Shown here: positions 40,754 through 54,949 of the stretch, piece after piece
How the letters are laid out: every line of letters starts with the position of its first letter
How positions within the stretch are numbered: the first letter of the stretch is position 1
Origin: Nageia nagi
Lineage: Eukaryota; Plantae; Pinophyta
Length of the DNA stretch: 64,000 bases
Assembly (NCBI GenBank): GCA_050084985.1
Contig: JBITNC010000001.1
Span: 63,488,001 to 63,552,000, forward strand
Reading direction: 5' to 3'
Notes under the pieces: generated by a model
What the model was told of the DNA's origin: nothing
Database searches by the model: none
What the model saw: only the letters and a program-made list of their open reading frames with translations
Translations under genes and position numbers: made by a program

Positions 40754-41959
40754 TAATTTCATACAAAATGCTTGCGACAGCAATGTACTTTTATGCTCGT
40801 CAATAGCCATTGCTGACTTTCAGTTATTTGAAATTCGTTCCAAGAATACTTCTGAAGTGTCATGGGTCTACCGAGTTTAAATAATTTATTTGCAAAGGGT
40901 AAGACTAGGATAGCTGAACCAGTCTTTATGAATGCATGTGTGTTCTTTATACTGCATAACATATTTTTTTGAAGGGTAAATTGAGAGTTTTTTTATACAG
41001 AAACCCAAATCCTGTATTTACATTGAGATTTTTGCCAAAAAACTGTAAGGTCACAGCAAACCTGCAGCAATACAAAAAGGAGCTGGTGCCATAAAAAATA
41101 AGTCAAACTATCAAGACCAGAATAGACCATCTATGCAAACTTTCTATCTTGTTTATTTTTTCAGCTGCATCTACATTTGACACATTTGAAGCATTCTTTT
41201 GCTTAGAGAGGGAATTTCACTCTCTAATGTTTTAAATCGAAATCTTCATTTGCAGCTTCTTGATATTGCATAATGTTCATGGGTGCAGCTTGATTGGATT
41301 TTTTTAAAAATTCATGGAATCAGAAAATAGTAGAGTATGTCACATTTCATTAAACACAACCTGCATTGTAATATGCAAGAATATAGACATTTAACTGTGC
41401 ATGTTTGCACAAGCTCCTATAATGATATTCAATGAGGGCTTCGTATATTGGCTTACTATCAAGTATATGAGTTGTTTCTTTAGTACAGCCAGTTTGTCAT
41501 ATATAAAATTCTTCATGTAATTATTATAATTTTTGACAATGTTCACCCAACTTGGCCAAAATACAAATACGGCTGACATCTATCAACAGATAATTGATTA
41601 CTGGATTAATGTATATAAGTAGAGAAAGGCTTCATGAATAGGCTTACTATGAATACATCTCTCTTTGCGTACAGGTGTAAGTAAAGCTCATATGTATTGC
41701 AACTGATGTTGTTGAAAGTTGATTGCATGGAAATCTAGAAAAGAAGATACCTATTACTAAAAAGATTGCTAGTGTGTGTTTGTGCCAAGAAGGATGGCCC
41801 CGGTAGGAAACTATTACTTATGTGATGACATGTACAAACACACACCCACTCCTCACCAATTAATTAGTAAAAGTACAAATGGATGCAATCAAAGAATGGA
41901 AATATAAATCATTTCATGATCTATTTCACAACTTGGCCACACTGTATAATACCATTTTG

Positions 41960-43002
41960 GAGAACGCCCCGGGCATGCAAGTATAATACTAGTAAAAATT
42001 CGTGGAATTTTCAGGTTTTTGAAATTTCATTGTTTAAAATTCATTATTACTATCAATTCAATCATGCATACAAAACTTGGACCTGAAATTAGAAATTGAG
42101 TATGAATCAGAATATCAAAATGAGCCATTATCAATGATCACAAAGACATAATGTCAGAAAGTCTGAATCAGTCTAGTACATAATGATAGATGTGAAATCA
42201 GTAATACTGAACTGAAATCAAAATCACTGTAGTAAAGCTGTAAAACTATTTACATAGACTAGATTTTGACATGAGTATGTGAAATATTAAAATGCCAAAA
42301 TCAAAACTATGGCTTTGTGGGCTCATGCACTACTGCTGGCATATCCTGCTCCTCTGTTGAACTATCTGATGAGTTGCCCTCATCATCCAATTGAAGAGCC
42401 TCTTTTGTTTGTACATTCCATAACTTGTTCTTCTTCCTTGGTTGCTCCAAGTTTTTCCTATTTTTTAGCTCAGTTGGCTACTGTCTTTCTCATCCTTAGT
42501 GCTGTCTTTATTCTTGGCTGCTGTCAAAGATTTTCTGGGTGAGTTCAAATGAAGTGTTTTGTAAGTTTGCATGCATTTATAATGTCATTTATAGGGTTTG
42601 GGGGGGTAGGGACATTGGTGGGAGCATCCCCTGTCTAATTTGTCATTTCACTTTTTAATTTTTTTAATGAATTTTTATTTTTATTTTTTCATGCTTGCTG
42701 GCTGCCCACAGCCTGGGGAATGCCTGGACATTCCTGAGAACTGTCAAGGAACGACCAATCGTTCCCGAGATCTGTCAAGGAATGGCTAGCCGTTCTCAAG
42801 AACTATCAAGGAATGGCCAGCCATTCCCGGGAACATTTAAGCATTCCCCGTGGCGTTCCCAATGGGCGCACCGGGAGCTAACGACTTCCCACCTCTCTAG
42901 GGCATTCCTAGGAATGTCTCGGCCATTCCCCAAAATCAAGGAATGCCAAAAATACGTTCCTTGAATGCCTCCTACAAGGGGAACACATTCCCGTGTAATC
43001 TT
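41960..43002. mobile_element. Possible DNA-transposon remnant (subterminal repeat cluster)
   Basis: GC-richer block 42700-43000 with many CGTTCCC/CATTCCC and GGGAAC/GGAATG motifs in both orientations. No TIR pair or TSD established. Confidence 0.4.
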
Positions 43003-43892
43003 GTTGTTTCCACAGACATGAAGTATTCATGTATGTGATTTGTCCTCTAAGTTTAATAGGAGAATCTTATGTTTGGATGAAATTAAGGTAAATATCTAAA
43101 TGATTCCATGATTATGTTTGTTTGTTGTTTCTCTTTTGAAATCATACAAACATTATTTCATTGAAGAAAAGTTTCATTTGCGTAAAATTATTAACGCTCC
43201 ATTTATTATGAAATACTACAAGAGCTTGTTTTTTTGCTTTAGCAACTACTTGTAAAGAGTCAACAGATTTTTAAGCCTATCCACATTGCATCAAAAATCT
43301 ATCTTTTGAGTTTGTGATTATTTGTTTTGAAAGGATTGATGAGCTTGACATGATTGACTATGCTAAAGTATGCATTAACTTGTACTTCATCTATTAGAAT
43401 AAAATCATCCTAATAGACATAATTTGGCATGCTGTTTGAAGTTTAACTTAGTATTCTTCAATACTATAAACTTGTTACTGTAAATTCCTAGAATCCTACC
43501 TGTTACTGTCGAGTTCTACTTTGATATTTATGAAAGTTAAATGGTATCAAAATTAAGTCCTTTCTGGTGTGGGGTTGTGAAGAATTTAACCACATGGCAT
43601 GCCTTAGCTCTCCACAGATTCATAAATTCTGTTTTCATATTAAAGTGAAAGGGGACATGTTTTTGTCTTGTCATGTCTGTTTGTTTCTGAGATGGATATA
43701 TAAATTTCTGTATGATTTTTCTGGTTTTGCATGGTTAGGTTGGAAAATTGCATGTGCATTATTTTTATAATCTTTCTTTCTGTGAAATTTATTTTCTTTC
43801 AAACTTCGGAATTTTCAATATGTTGGCTAATCCTATGGTTAATTTGATGTAGATATGTTACTAATTTGTACAATTTCCTGTTCTAATTTTAA

Positions 43893-44039
<147 letters not shown>

Positions 44040-44466
44040 TAAACTTGAATTTTGAATCCTTGCAAAGTGATTCCTCTTTTTTTGTGTAAAGTGCTTTTTT
44101 CTTTTTTGCTCAAGGTAAAAACAGGTTTGAAAGGGCCTATACCTAGTTCAGTATTACTTTCCTGGAAACCAGCAACCAACCTAGTGAAAGAAAAATTTAA
44201 AAACAAGCTGAGAAGACAGCTACAAAATGTTACATTCCTTGCTTCATAAAGCAACAAAATGATTCTTGAATCAGACTAACTTTTGCCTTTCCATTCTCAT
44301 TTAATTTGGACTCCTTTTCTCCATTTAAGTGTAAAGTGCATTTTCATTTTAATGTTCTTGTTAGTTTGAATATTTTATGCAAGTGTTGCTTGTTGCTTCT
44401 AAGTTACAACATGTTTATGTTAAAATCCCATTCTAAAGATTATCCATTCTTTCACAATTTTTGTAG

Positions 44467-44649
<183 letters not shown>

Positions 44650-44851
44650 TAAAGTTCTTGATATTGAAGTGCATATTTTGCCTTGCGAACGTGGGAAGTA
44701 TAATCTTATAATGCAAATGTACTGTTCATACGTGTTTTGATGAGGCTGTTCAGTTAAGCTGGCAAGTCAGATCTTAGAAGGAAGCTTCTGTTCATAATTG
44801 AGCTTTTGTAGTATGCATTATTAAACTTACTCTGCTTATTTTATTGTGTAG

Positions 44852-45070
<219 letters not shown>

Positions 45071-45792
45071 TAGTTCCTCATACCAATATAACCAACGATA
45101 TATAAACAGTGTCAGGAATGTGCCCATTTAGTGACCTGATACAAGTAGCCAAAGGCATATAAATTATATGTTAATTCGGACATCTCTCATTGTCAACCAC
45201 ATTATCTCATGTGCAATCTATGCAAGTTTTGAATATGTGGCTATTAGTTTTGACTTTTGAGTAATAAACTAGGAGACTCTCCCAGAAGGGTATTGAGATT
45301 GCAATAGACATTCAAGATGGGGATGGAAGGTTTTAATCACTTGAAGATGGCTTGATTCAAGATTTCTTGGCTGCTTTTAGAAGCAAGGATTGTAACATTT
45401 TGTAGTTGTCTTTTTTGCTTGTTTTAGATGTTTTTTCCTTTAGGCTAGTTGCTAGTTTCCAGGTACGTATTACTGTGCTAGGCTTCTTTTGCATTGTATA
45501 AGGATAGGGACCCTTTCAATCTCTGTTTTACTTTAAGCAAAAAAAACAAAGCACAAGGGCATGTTTGGGTTATATTGCCTAGCTTGCATATGCTTGTATG
45601 TGTTGTGACTTACACTGGGATCCATTGCAACTCATGTCCATGCAACACCATGTTTTGTCTTATGTCATCACGACTCCATCCAATTGGGTATCATGTCTAT
45701 CATCCCGTCACCTAATGTGTGCTAAATCGTCTAGTCCTAGTCATGTTAGAATGAAAGCCAAAATCCTTCAAAAAAATGGCTAAGTTTGGAAA

Positions 45793-45872
45793 TTCAAGTC
45801 GAGTCTAGGTGAACTAGGGGAACCCATTTCAAGTCGAGTCTAGGTGAACTAGGGGAACCCATTTCAAGTCGA
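45793..45872. repeat. 35-bp tandem repeat (2.3 copies) inside the solo LTR
   Basis: ttcaagtcgagtctaggtgaactaggggaacccat repeated. Confidence 0.9.
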
Positions 45873-45910
45873 AAACGAGTCAAGTGAGACTGGGCCACTT
45901 CCAGGCCTAG

Positions 45911-47300
45911 CGCATGCCTCAAAAAGACAAAATCTTGTCTTTTTGGGATATGTGCCAAGTTTTGGGAGGCGCTCGGATTGGAAAGAAAGGTGAATAAGGC
46001 AAGCCAGAGGCATCTTGAGCTTGGTGCATGCCTCAAAAAGACAAAATCTTGTCTTTTGGGAGGATGCGCTCAAGCTGGAAGGATGCCTGGACAAGTTTGA
46101 AGGTTGAAATAGTGGAGCATACCCACCCAGGAGGTTGGCAGATGCTTCAAAAAGACAAAATCTTGTCTTTTGGGAGCTTGCGCCAAGGGCAGAAGGGCAT
46201 CTAGTTTGAACAAAAGGCAAAATTTGGCTAAGGCATGGAGCCTTGAAGTCCGAATCCAGCTTCAACAGGACCAGAGGGGATGGTGCATGTTTTGAAAAGA
46301 CAAAATCTTGACTTCTGGGAGCATGCACTAGGCCTAGGGAGACAACAGGACAGGAAGAACGTGAAAATTTGACCAAGTCCTAAGAGCAAAAAGCCGAAAC
46401 GAAGTCAATCAGGCCATCAGCAACCTAGCGCATGCTCCAAAAAGACAAAATTTTCACTTTCTGGATCATGCATTGAAACTGAAGGAGCCGAAGAGTCGGG
46501 CGCATGTTTCAAAAAGACAAAATCTTGTCTTTTGAAATCATGCGCTCAGCCTAGGGAAGTTTGAGTTGAGTTCGTTGGACAAATTTGGCTAAGGCATGGA
46601 CTTCTCAAACCAACATCCAACTCAGGCATGACTCAGTAGAGTTGGGAGCACCGTTTCAAAGGACAAAATTTTGTCTTTTTGTAGCATGCTCCTAGCTCAG
46701 GACAGTTGGGAGCACCGTTTCAAAAGACAAAATCTTGGCTTTCTGTAGCATGCTCCTAGCTCAGGACAGTTGGGAGCACCATTTCCAAAGACAAAATCTT
46801 GTTTTTCTGTAGCATGCTCCTAACCCAGTAAGACACCATTCCAGGAAAATGTGAAAATATGGCCAAGTCCCACTTGCTAAGGCCCCAAGACAAGGCGAAC
46901 CCGGCAAGAGCAACCCAACGCATTCCCCAGAAAGACAAAATCTTTACTTGTTGGATTATGCACCCAAACTATCACGACTTGAGAATTGGGAGCACTGTTT
47001 CAAAAGACAAAATCTTGTCTTTTTGAAACATGCACCTGGTGTAGAAGGAGTTCTAGATGCACACAATGATGAAATTTGACAAGTTTGGGCCTTGGAAAAG
47101 ACAAATCCGAATGGTGCAAGGTCAAAGCAGGTGAGTTGAAGAGTCGAGATGACAAGCGTGCAAAGGGCACGAAGCTCCCAATTGGGTGCATGATTCAAAA
47201 AGACAAAATCTTGTCTTTTTCTGTCATATGCTCAAGTTGGGATGATGGACAAAATTGGAGCACCGTTTCAAAAGACAAAATCTTGATTTTCTCCAGCACG
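45911..47300. repeat. Interspaced palindromic repeat array (13 copies plus 1 partial) inside the solo LTR
   Basis: AAAAGACAA-AATC-TTGTCTTTT (9-bp inverted repeat, 4-nt loop), usually flanked by GCATG-like motifs and separated by 40-170 bp of variable sequence. Confidence 0.9.
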
Positions 47301-50300
47301 CTCCAAGTTCAAGGCATACACTCGAGATGGCTAGATTTCAAAGATAGTCCCGGGTCATCCCAATGATACACACAGGCTATTAGATTGTCCTTGCAGGTGC
47401 TCAAAAGGTGAATAGGTCAAGTCCAGTATTGCAGAGGCCAGGAAGATGCAAGATCCTAAGAGTACCAGAAGAGCATAGCGGCGTGTTGTTGCAGTCGCAA
47501 CAATTTTATTTTATTTATTGCAATTTTATTTTAAATTTGGATTCCAAAGACTTATCAAATTTTGTATAGCCTTGTGATGGATGGGGATTTGCTCCCATAA
47601 GTGTTGGAATAAATCTTGTAATGCCATGTGGCACTTTGTTATTGGACCATGTTTATTTTTCTTAGACCCCATAATTAAGGTTAGGGCAACACTGATGGTT
47701 GCTCTAAAACTATTTATACCCCATTTTGATTCATTTGTAAGGGGGGATTGACACTTTAACAATTTGAAAGAACTTTGCATGCAACACAAAATTTCTCTAG
47801 ATTTGTTAAATGTGGTGTGTGTATATGTAATTATGATGAAATGCTTCTCATGATGTAATGCCAAATTTGAATGAATGATTGACAGTGCTATCTAGTTTGT
47901 TCTATCATTGCTTGGTGTTGATTTTTAATCACTTGGTGCATCTTGTAAATTCCAACGGGGGTGGACAAGAGAATGCTTGGAGATTCTATGAAGTGGTTGA
48001 TTAGCATCTTGTTTGTGATATTTTTTCATTTGTAATCTTAGGTTTGGATACCTCAAGATGTCTTGTTGATGTCACTCACAGTAGGAACTTCACCTGGATC
48101 GTTGAATGTTACTTTTACCCCATTCTATTCCATCCTTGCCACAACTTCACGCTCCTTCCACTAGACCATTTGTGTTGTTAGCTAGTGGAATGGATTGAGG
48201 ATGTGTGGAACCTATGCCAAGACCCAGGAAGTCGACTTTTGAGGACCTTATCCCGAGCTCGTGAGCACGCATGCCTATAGTTACATCCCACTGCCCACAG
48301 TCTTTCCACCAATCTCCTTATTTTTCATTTTCTTTATTTTACACTTTTTTTTGCTATTTTCGCACCCCTATTTCCCTTTAGCATTTTCCATAAACAACTT
48401 TGCCGGGCTATAAAGACAATGCAAGTCCTTGAATCAGCTTTAAACATCTCAGCCGGTCCCTGAGTTATCCTCATCAAGTCGTGAAGCTAACCTTTGGGGT
48501 AACTAGTTCCCATAGCGGGAGGGAGTAATGTCCCTTCACCTGAGGTGTTGATATTTTTCTCACTACTCCAGGGTAGGAAAGAAAAACACCCCAACAGTAT
48601 GTTGATACAAGTGGTTGGAGATAGTAAAATATTACATAAAATACAATCTTGTAAAAGATTTACTAGGGGGGTAGTAGGGAGAAATTGAAGGGCTTTATAA
48701 TGAAAGAGTATATTTAGAACATGATAAATGAGGATGTTTTATTTCTTTCTCCTTATAATAGCTTTTCATATTCATTTAGTTTTTAGATTTTTGAATGAAA
48801 ACTGATTTGCAATAAATGTTTGGTTTATTTGGATCTAGTTAGTTATAGCTAAGTAACGACTTGTAAGACTTAGGTATATATATGTGAATATGTTATAAAA
48901 ACTAATCAAATAGCCACATTGGCTGTGTTTAGACTTCCAAATATGGAATCATTGTCCTCTCTATGTTAAACGATTGTATTTTTCTAGGTCCAAGTTCATT
49001 GGATTTGGTAACATTACGTTGCTGCACACCCATGCTAAATTAGAAAAATGAGCATTCTGTGTTTTTGATAAGTTCTTTTTATTCATAATGAATGGAAACT
49101 GGTCTGTTGTGTGAGACTAGGAGACATAAGAACTCTACTAGACAATGCCTTTTTGTTTGTTTGTTTTGACTAATGGATGTATGTAAAAGGTTCTTTAAAA
49201 AGCAAATGATGAAAAGAAACTTGAGCAAGTCTTTAGATGCAAATAAAAAATAAATTTAATGAAAATCTTTTAAAGGATTGTATGTGCAACATTTTGCAAA
49301 ACTGATGTGTTTGAACTTTGAACCATCAAAATTATGATCAAAAAGATGCCAAAATGCAATAGTAGTAAAAATTGTCAAAAAACTATCAAGGTGGGGTGGA
49401 GATCCCAGTCAAGTACTTGGGGAGCAAGGTGTCCTCAAATTTCAGCCAACATTGGAGACCAGTTAGTCTTCCTACTCCATATATTTATCATTTAAATACA
49501 GGTCTTCAATTTTGTCTTTGTAATCCAAAATTGACTCATTGTGTATTGTTGTCTTGTTATTAGGTGATAATTGTTTTATATTTTTGTTAAAAGAAAATAC
49601 AGTCCATTCTTGGAGAGCCAAATGTTGGGACTTAAAATTATTTTAGATCCTTAAGACAGGAATACTTGTACAAAGTGATGCAATACAGAACATCTTTTGA
49701 TGTCGAATGTTCATTCAGATAGAAAAGCCAACTTGGTAATCACATTCAAATGGTCTATGCAAACGAAAGTTTCACACTGAAGAATGTCTGAAGTTTGAAC
49801 ATAGGAGCTCCTTGATGTTCATTATTGCAAGGCATCACTTATTTCTGACTGCAACCAATTTGGTTTCTTGTGTATAGCTGAAACATAACAAAGACAAATG
49901 ACAGGGTCTTAATTTGATTTAGTAAGTACATCAATATCCTCCCGAGTTACCTTGATTTTCAATTACAAAATCTCTTACACATAAATAATCTCAATGGATC
50001 CTTGTATTGGTCGATATGGAAAAATCATGTCTCCTAAATTACACAATCAGTCATAAGTGACATGAGTAACATCAAGTGGACTCTGCTTTCCATTATTCAG
50101 ATCATGAATTACCTATATTGAACTTTGTAATAAGTCATTAGGAACATGAGTAATCTTATTTGGACCCCATAATCTTGATCCTTACCACAAACCTTAGTTG
50201 AGGGTTTTATAATTTAGATTATAACTACTTTTATGATAGAAACATCTCATCTCTGACTGCCTGTTTGCCTTTTCCCTCCCATCTGAAATTGGGGATTTGC

Positions 50301-50388
50301 TTTCAACAGCTTTTGTTGAGATTCACCACCATCTTACATGAGATGACTAGATGTGTATCTGTTTCAATGAAGTAGAGAACAATGAGCA

Positions 50389-52520
50389 CTTGTGTAGGAA
50401 ACATCTGGAACCGTTTCAAAGAGAGACCCTTGAAGGCAAGGTGGCTTGAGGGACCTTTGCCTGTGATTTTTTGAGACCAAAGGTGTGCTAAAGGTTGAAG
50501 AGAAAGGAGGTCTCGTGGAGAAAGATAGTGTGAGCAATGACTGTGGTTGGAGGAATGACAGTGTGAGTGTTGGCTCTTGGGGGAAAAAAACGGGATTGTC
50601 TGATTAGAAGGGACTAGTGGCCATGGTGAATGATGAAGGTGCATGGGAGGCGTTGTTGCTAGGGTGTTTCAGGGAGAACTCAACAATGACTTGTATGGAG
50701 CGGCATTGGGCTTGGCCGTGGTTGAAGGAACATGGAAGGATGCATCATACGATGAAGAGGGTGTTCTTGCGTGCTAGTTCAAATCATTGGCAAATTTTCT
50801 ATGGGATGTTGGTTCTAGATATGGGTTGAAATTGTCATTGGCTCCAGATTTGCATAGAAAAGGGCGAAGGTTATCATGTGTGATACCTTGAAGGTTGAAA
50901 ACTTTGGGAGGGATTGTGGGCGATTCTAGGAGAAGGAAGGCGAAGAGTTTTTGGGTGGATGAAAACCTCCCTAGTTGTGTTATGGGTTTGCCACAGACAA
51001 ATCTGAATACAGGTCTAAGGGTTTAAAAATTGAGACCTATTAGAAGGTTTGTACTCTAGAATCACTATCCTGCAAATTCTTTGGGGCTTTTAATGGTGAT
51101 TCAGAGCTCAAGACCAAAGTACAATAGTGAACCCATCTTAAGCTCAACATAGAGTGTTTGAGTGGCATGCTTGTAGGATGTTGGGCAACTAATGCATGTT
51201 CTATGCAGTTTGAGGGGACCTTGATGCAATGAGATACGCTGCTCAATGGTGTCGAGCAAGTTGTGAAGAACTAGAGGTGACGGTTGTAGCGGAATTGTTG
51301 GAGAGTTTTTAACCCTTGTTTCATTTTGGATAGGGATGATTAAAGATCCTAGTTTCAAAGATCTACATTGTGATTGGGGGGGTGGTTATTGTTGTATGGG
51401 GATGGAATCCGCACCTTTCCTCTAGAATCCTTTTGAGGGTTTCAGAACCAAATGAACGTCTGGTGCAGCAATGTGTGGAATTGTGCTATTGGTTTGAATA
51501 GTTGACTTTGGTGGTTGCAAATAGATGATTTCTTAGGGTGCTTCCCCGTTTCAATCAGTCACCAATGAGGAGACCCAAATCTATGAACAATGGGGTGAAG
51601 TGGTTTTTTGGCTCTAGATATGTGTAGAGAAGGAAGAGGGGTGTTGTTTTTGTTTGACACTTTGAAGGATGTAGACCTTGGAAGAGCCTGTGGATGACTC
51701 TAGGAGGAGGAAACATGTTTCATTGCCCTGTGAATCCTTTAGAAGCTGTGGATGATCTTTAGAGCTTAGAGCCAGAGTGCAGTAGAGAGATCAAATATAA
51801 CTCAACACAAGGTGTTGGAGTGGCATGCCTATAGATGTTGGGCAGCTACCATGATGTTTTTTGTTGTGTGAAGGGCCTTGGTGTAAAGAGATGCTCTATA
51901 TAAGGGCAACCAAGATGTTGTGAGGATGTGTCCTACATTGTGATTGGATGGTTGTAGTGGTCGTGGGGGTTTGGAAATTTTCAAGCACCTTGTTTTCCTT
52001 CTAGAAACCCTTTAAGGGTTTCAGTTTATTGACCTACACTACGATTGGGAGGGCAATTGTAGTGGATTGAGATATGGAATCTTGACTTTCCCTCATAAAC
52101 TCTTTTAGGGTTTCAAATTCAAATGGTGGGCTACTTGCAAGGTAGTCATTGATGGCAAATGTATTCGATGCATCTCCAATCTCATAAATTTTCTCATGAG
52201 GATTGTAGAGCTTATGGACCTATTGGGATTGTGGATCCCTGTTTTGTGATTCGGATGATCTTAGTATGAGGAAGAGATCTCCTTGAAACCTATCTCCAGA
52301 AAGTTTGGAATTTGTGGTTTTTAACTTTGTTTTGAGTAGTTTTAGTTTTGTTAGTTTCCTAAGAATAGTTTATTTTATGTTTTAGTTACTTTTGAGGTCT
52401 TGATTATTGTTTCTGTAGCCTTGTTTCATTTTGTGAGCTCATTGAAGATCCTCTTCAGGAAGGTGTAAAAGGTTTTGGGATTCTTTCAAAACCCTTGTTT
52501 CCACTATAATAATAAAAAAA
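50389..52520 (+). mobile_element. Non-LTR retroposed element (LINE 3' portion or non-autonomous derivative)
   Basis: 15-bp TSD agagaacaatgagca at 50374-50388 and 52521-52535; aataataaaaaaa tail; T-rich 3' UTR. Confidence 0.8.
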
Positions 52521-53046
52521 AGAGAACAATGAGCATTCAATCTTTAATGCTCTATTTGGTAGGAGATTTGGAGGAAAGACCAATGTTTGTATAAAGGCTT
52601 CAGACAATCACTTTTTATCTTTTAGGTCTCTAATCAATGGTAGTGTGTTCGCTTTCTTCAGCATCTTGTCACTTTAAGACATGCTTTAGGTATGGAAGGT
52701 GTTAAGCAACCTACCCTCTTGCTGACACTATAGCGCATACAAATGTAGATAAGTACGTGATAATTTTCTTCTTAATAAATTATGATTTATCACTAGGGCA
52801 CTTTTAACACTCTACCTCTCATTCTAGACAAAGCTACATTGATTTTCTTTAGTGTTTGAGGACTTTAGTCCTTGAGTGTATGCATCCATTACTAGTTTTC
52901 TCTTTTAATCATGGAGGATCATCTACTTGGGATTTCAAAAGTGTTTTGGAGAGCAACCCTTTAGCCTTTGCCTTGGGCATTACTTAACATGGCCCTCGTA
53001 TCCCTTGGCATGTGATGGACATCATTGAATCCTCAATTAATGCCAT

Positions 53047-53443
53047 TGTTATGACCCCCATATAACTGCATAATTAGCTTTAATATCATTGTAAGTCGGC
53101 TATAAGTCATATAGATTAGAACAATAGTCATATTTGTATATAAATAAGAGTATGGGTTAGACCCATAGACATCATATAGTCATTTATCTAATTTGGTATC
53201 TTCAAATTCTTTGGAGGTTGACCCCTAAAAGTGGCAGCAACTTTTTGGATCTCTTTTTGATTACACAATCCAATTTTTTGTGATTCATTGTTGCGGATTT
53301 GGCAATTTCCAATGGTGTTCCATTGTTAATTGAAAATACATTCATACTCACAAGAAAACGCTTGACCTAAAAAGGCCAGTAGATCAATGTTTGGAGTACT
53401 TGTGTTAGTCATTGGTACATGGATTTCAACATGGTATCGGACT
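53047..53443 (+). mobile_element. LTR plus PBS remnant
   Basis: TGTTATGACC...TTCAACA immediately followed by tggtatcgga (Met-tRNA PBS-like); no internal domain or second LTR found. Confidence 0.45.
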
Positions 53444-54949
53444 TGCTCAAGTCAACAGAAACTGAAGTGTTGATATAAAGCTTGTGTTAAAGATTACAAA
53501 CTATCTTATTAATTATATACTCTAAAATATCGGATCAAAATATATTGGCAATATTTTTAGTCACTTTTGAACACAATACTTCAATGACTCGTATCCTTAG
53601 ATGGGAAGTCAAGTGGAGACAGGTACACCAAGCATGTTGTGTATCCCCTTTTTGGATTCTTCTGCAACAATTTTTTTAATTCGGCCTATTCGCCGCAACA
53701 TGTGTGTAAATCACTATTTGATAAATGTAACAGCTAGGCAAAGAACTAGGGAGACGTCCCAAGGTTCTATCTTTGAGGCTCATACTTGATGAAAGCCCAT
53801 GTTCACGTAGGCAGGCACCACGTAACCCAATTCTACATGGGGCTTTTAGGTTTTCCTTATTAGCTTTGGTCTCATATGGCTATCACATTTGTTGATTTAA
53901 GACTTAATCACTACCATTAGCCTATGATGCAGCTACACTTCTAGACATTGTTCAACATAGAAGGCTTACCCTGACAATGGACTCACTAGTGTTGATTGTT
54001 ACAGGGAATGATGCTATGTTATTGAACTCTTTTAAGGAAAGTAGATTATTTTTGTCTATGCAGCTTATCCTTATAATTTTTTGATGGTTGTATTACTACG
54101 ATGTGTTCTTTTCCATTGTAGGAAATATGTTTGGAATCAATGCCCTATGGGTTTTATAGGTTGTCTGCAAAGTCCTTTTAATTCCAAAAATTTCCATGGC
54201 TCACCCATGGTATCCATGTTGAATGACATAAGTTAAAACAAATGTGAATGCACATCTTTGAGGTGTACTTCAATAAAAAGTCCTTTTTTCGAAGAATTAC
54301 TGCATACCTGTTTACAAAAGGCTTCATGGTAAACTTGGTTTTACTATGCATGATCAAAAGGTACATTGCCAACCATTTAAGTGTCAGGAAGACTTGATGC
54401 ACTTGTGCAAAAACAATTTGTAAATTTCAGACTGAATTGAGTAATTAAGGGGTATTACTTAATCCTATTAAGGTACATGTCAAGAAATTATCAAAAGAGC
54501 CTTGATCATTTTTTATTGAACCATAAGTAAGAATGTTACATCTTTACTAATCAATACTACCTTAAAGACATTAGAATGCTTCACTAATAAATTCTTTAGA
54601 GAGTTACAATCGCTCTCTTCAATGTTGCAGTGAATAAAAAATCGCCAATAAAATAAATGAGGAGCTTAATAGAAACAAGGTTGTGGTGAAGTTAATCAGT
54701 TGGAGTTAATTTGCCATGTCAGTAACAATTTGAAAACTTTGGTCACTGGTTTAAAACTCAGGGTGTGTTAGGTAATGCCATTGAATGTATTTCCATTACA
54801 AGGTTTGCAAGTACCTGGAGTCGCCATTACTTTCTCCATCACAAAAATTTGCACATCATCATCAGTTTGAATGAATGACACAAACCTTTTGTAAGGTCAT
54901 AAAGATTTGTATACATATTCAGAGATTTCAAGAGAGATAGACTTGTTTA

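Larger units (their letters stand above)
45601..48596. mobile_element. Large solo LTR (2996 bp), probably Ty3/gypsy-type, in intron 8
   Basis: TGTTG...CAACA termini with perfect 5-bp TSD gtatg (45596-45600, 48597-48601); no coding domains, PBS or PPT alongside. Confidence 0.9.

Noticed and set aside
45290-45550. Short LINE 3' tail after exon 8
   Set aside because: T-rich tract and A-tail are present, but no convincing TSD.
45911-47300. CRISPR array
   Set aside because: Eukaryotic intron context, inside a TG..CA solo LTR with TSD; spacers are irregular (40-170 bp) and partly repeat each other; no cas genes.
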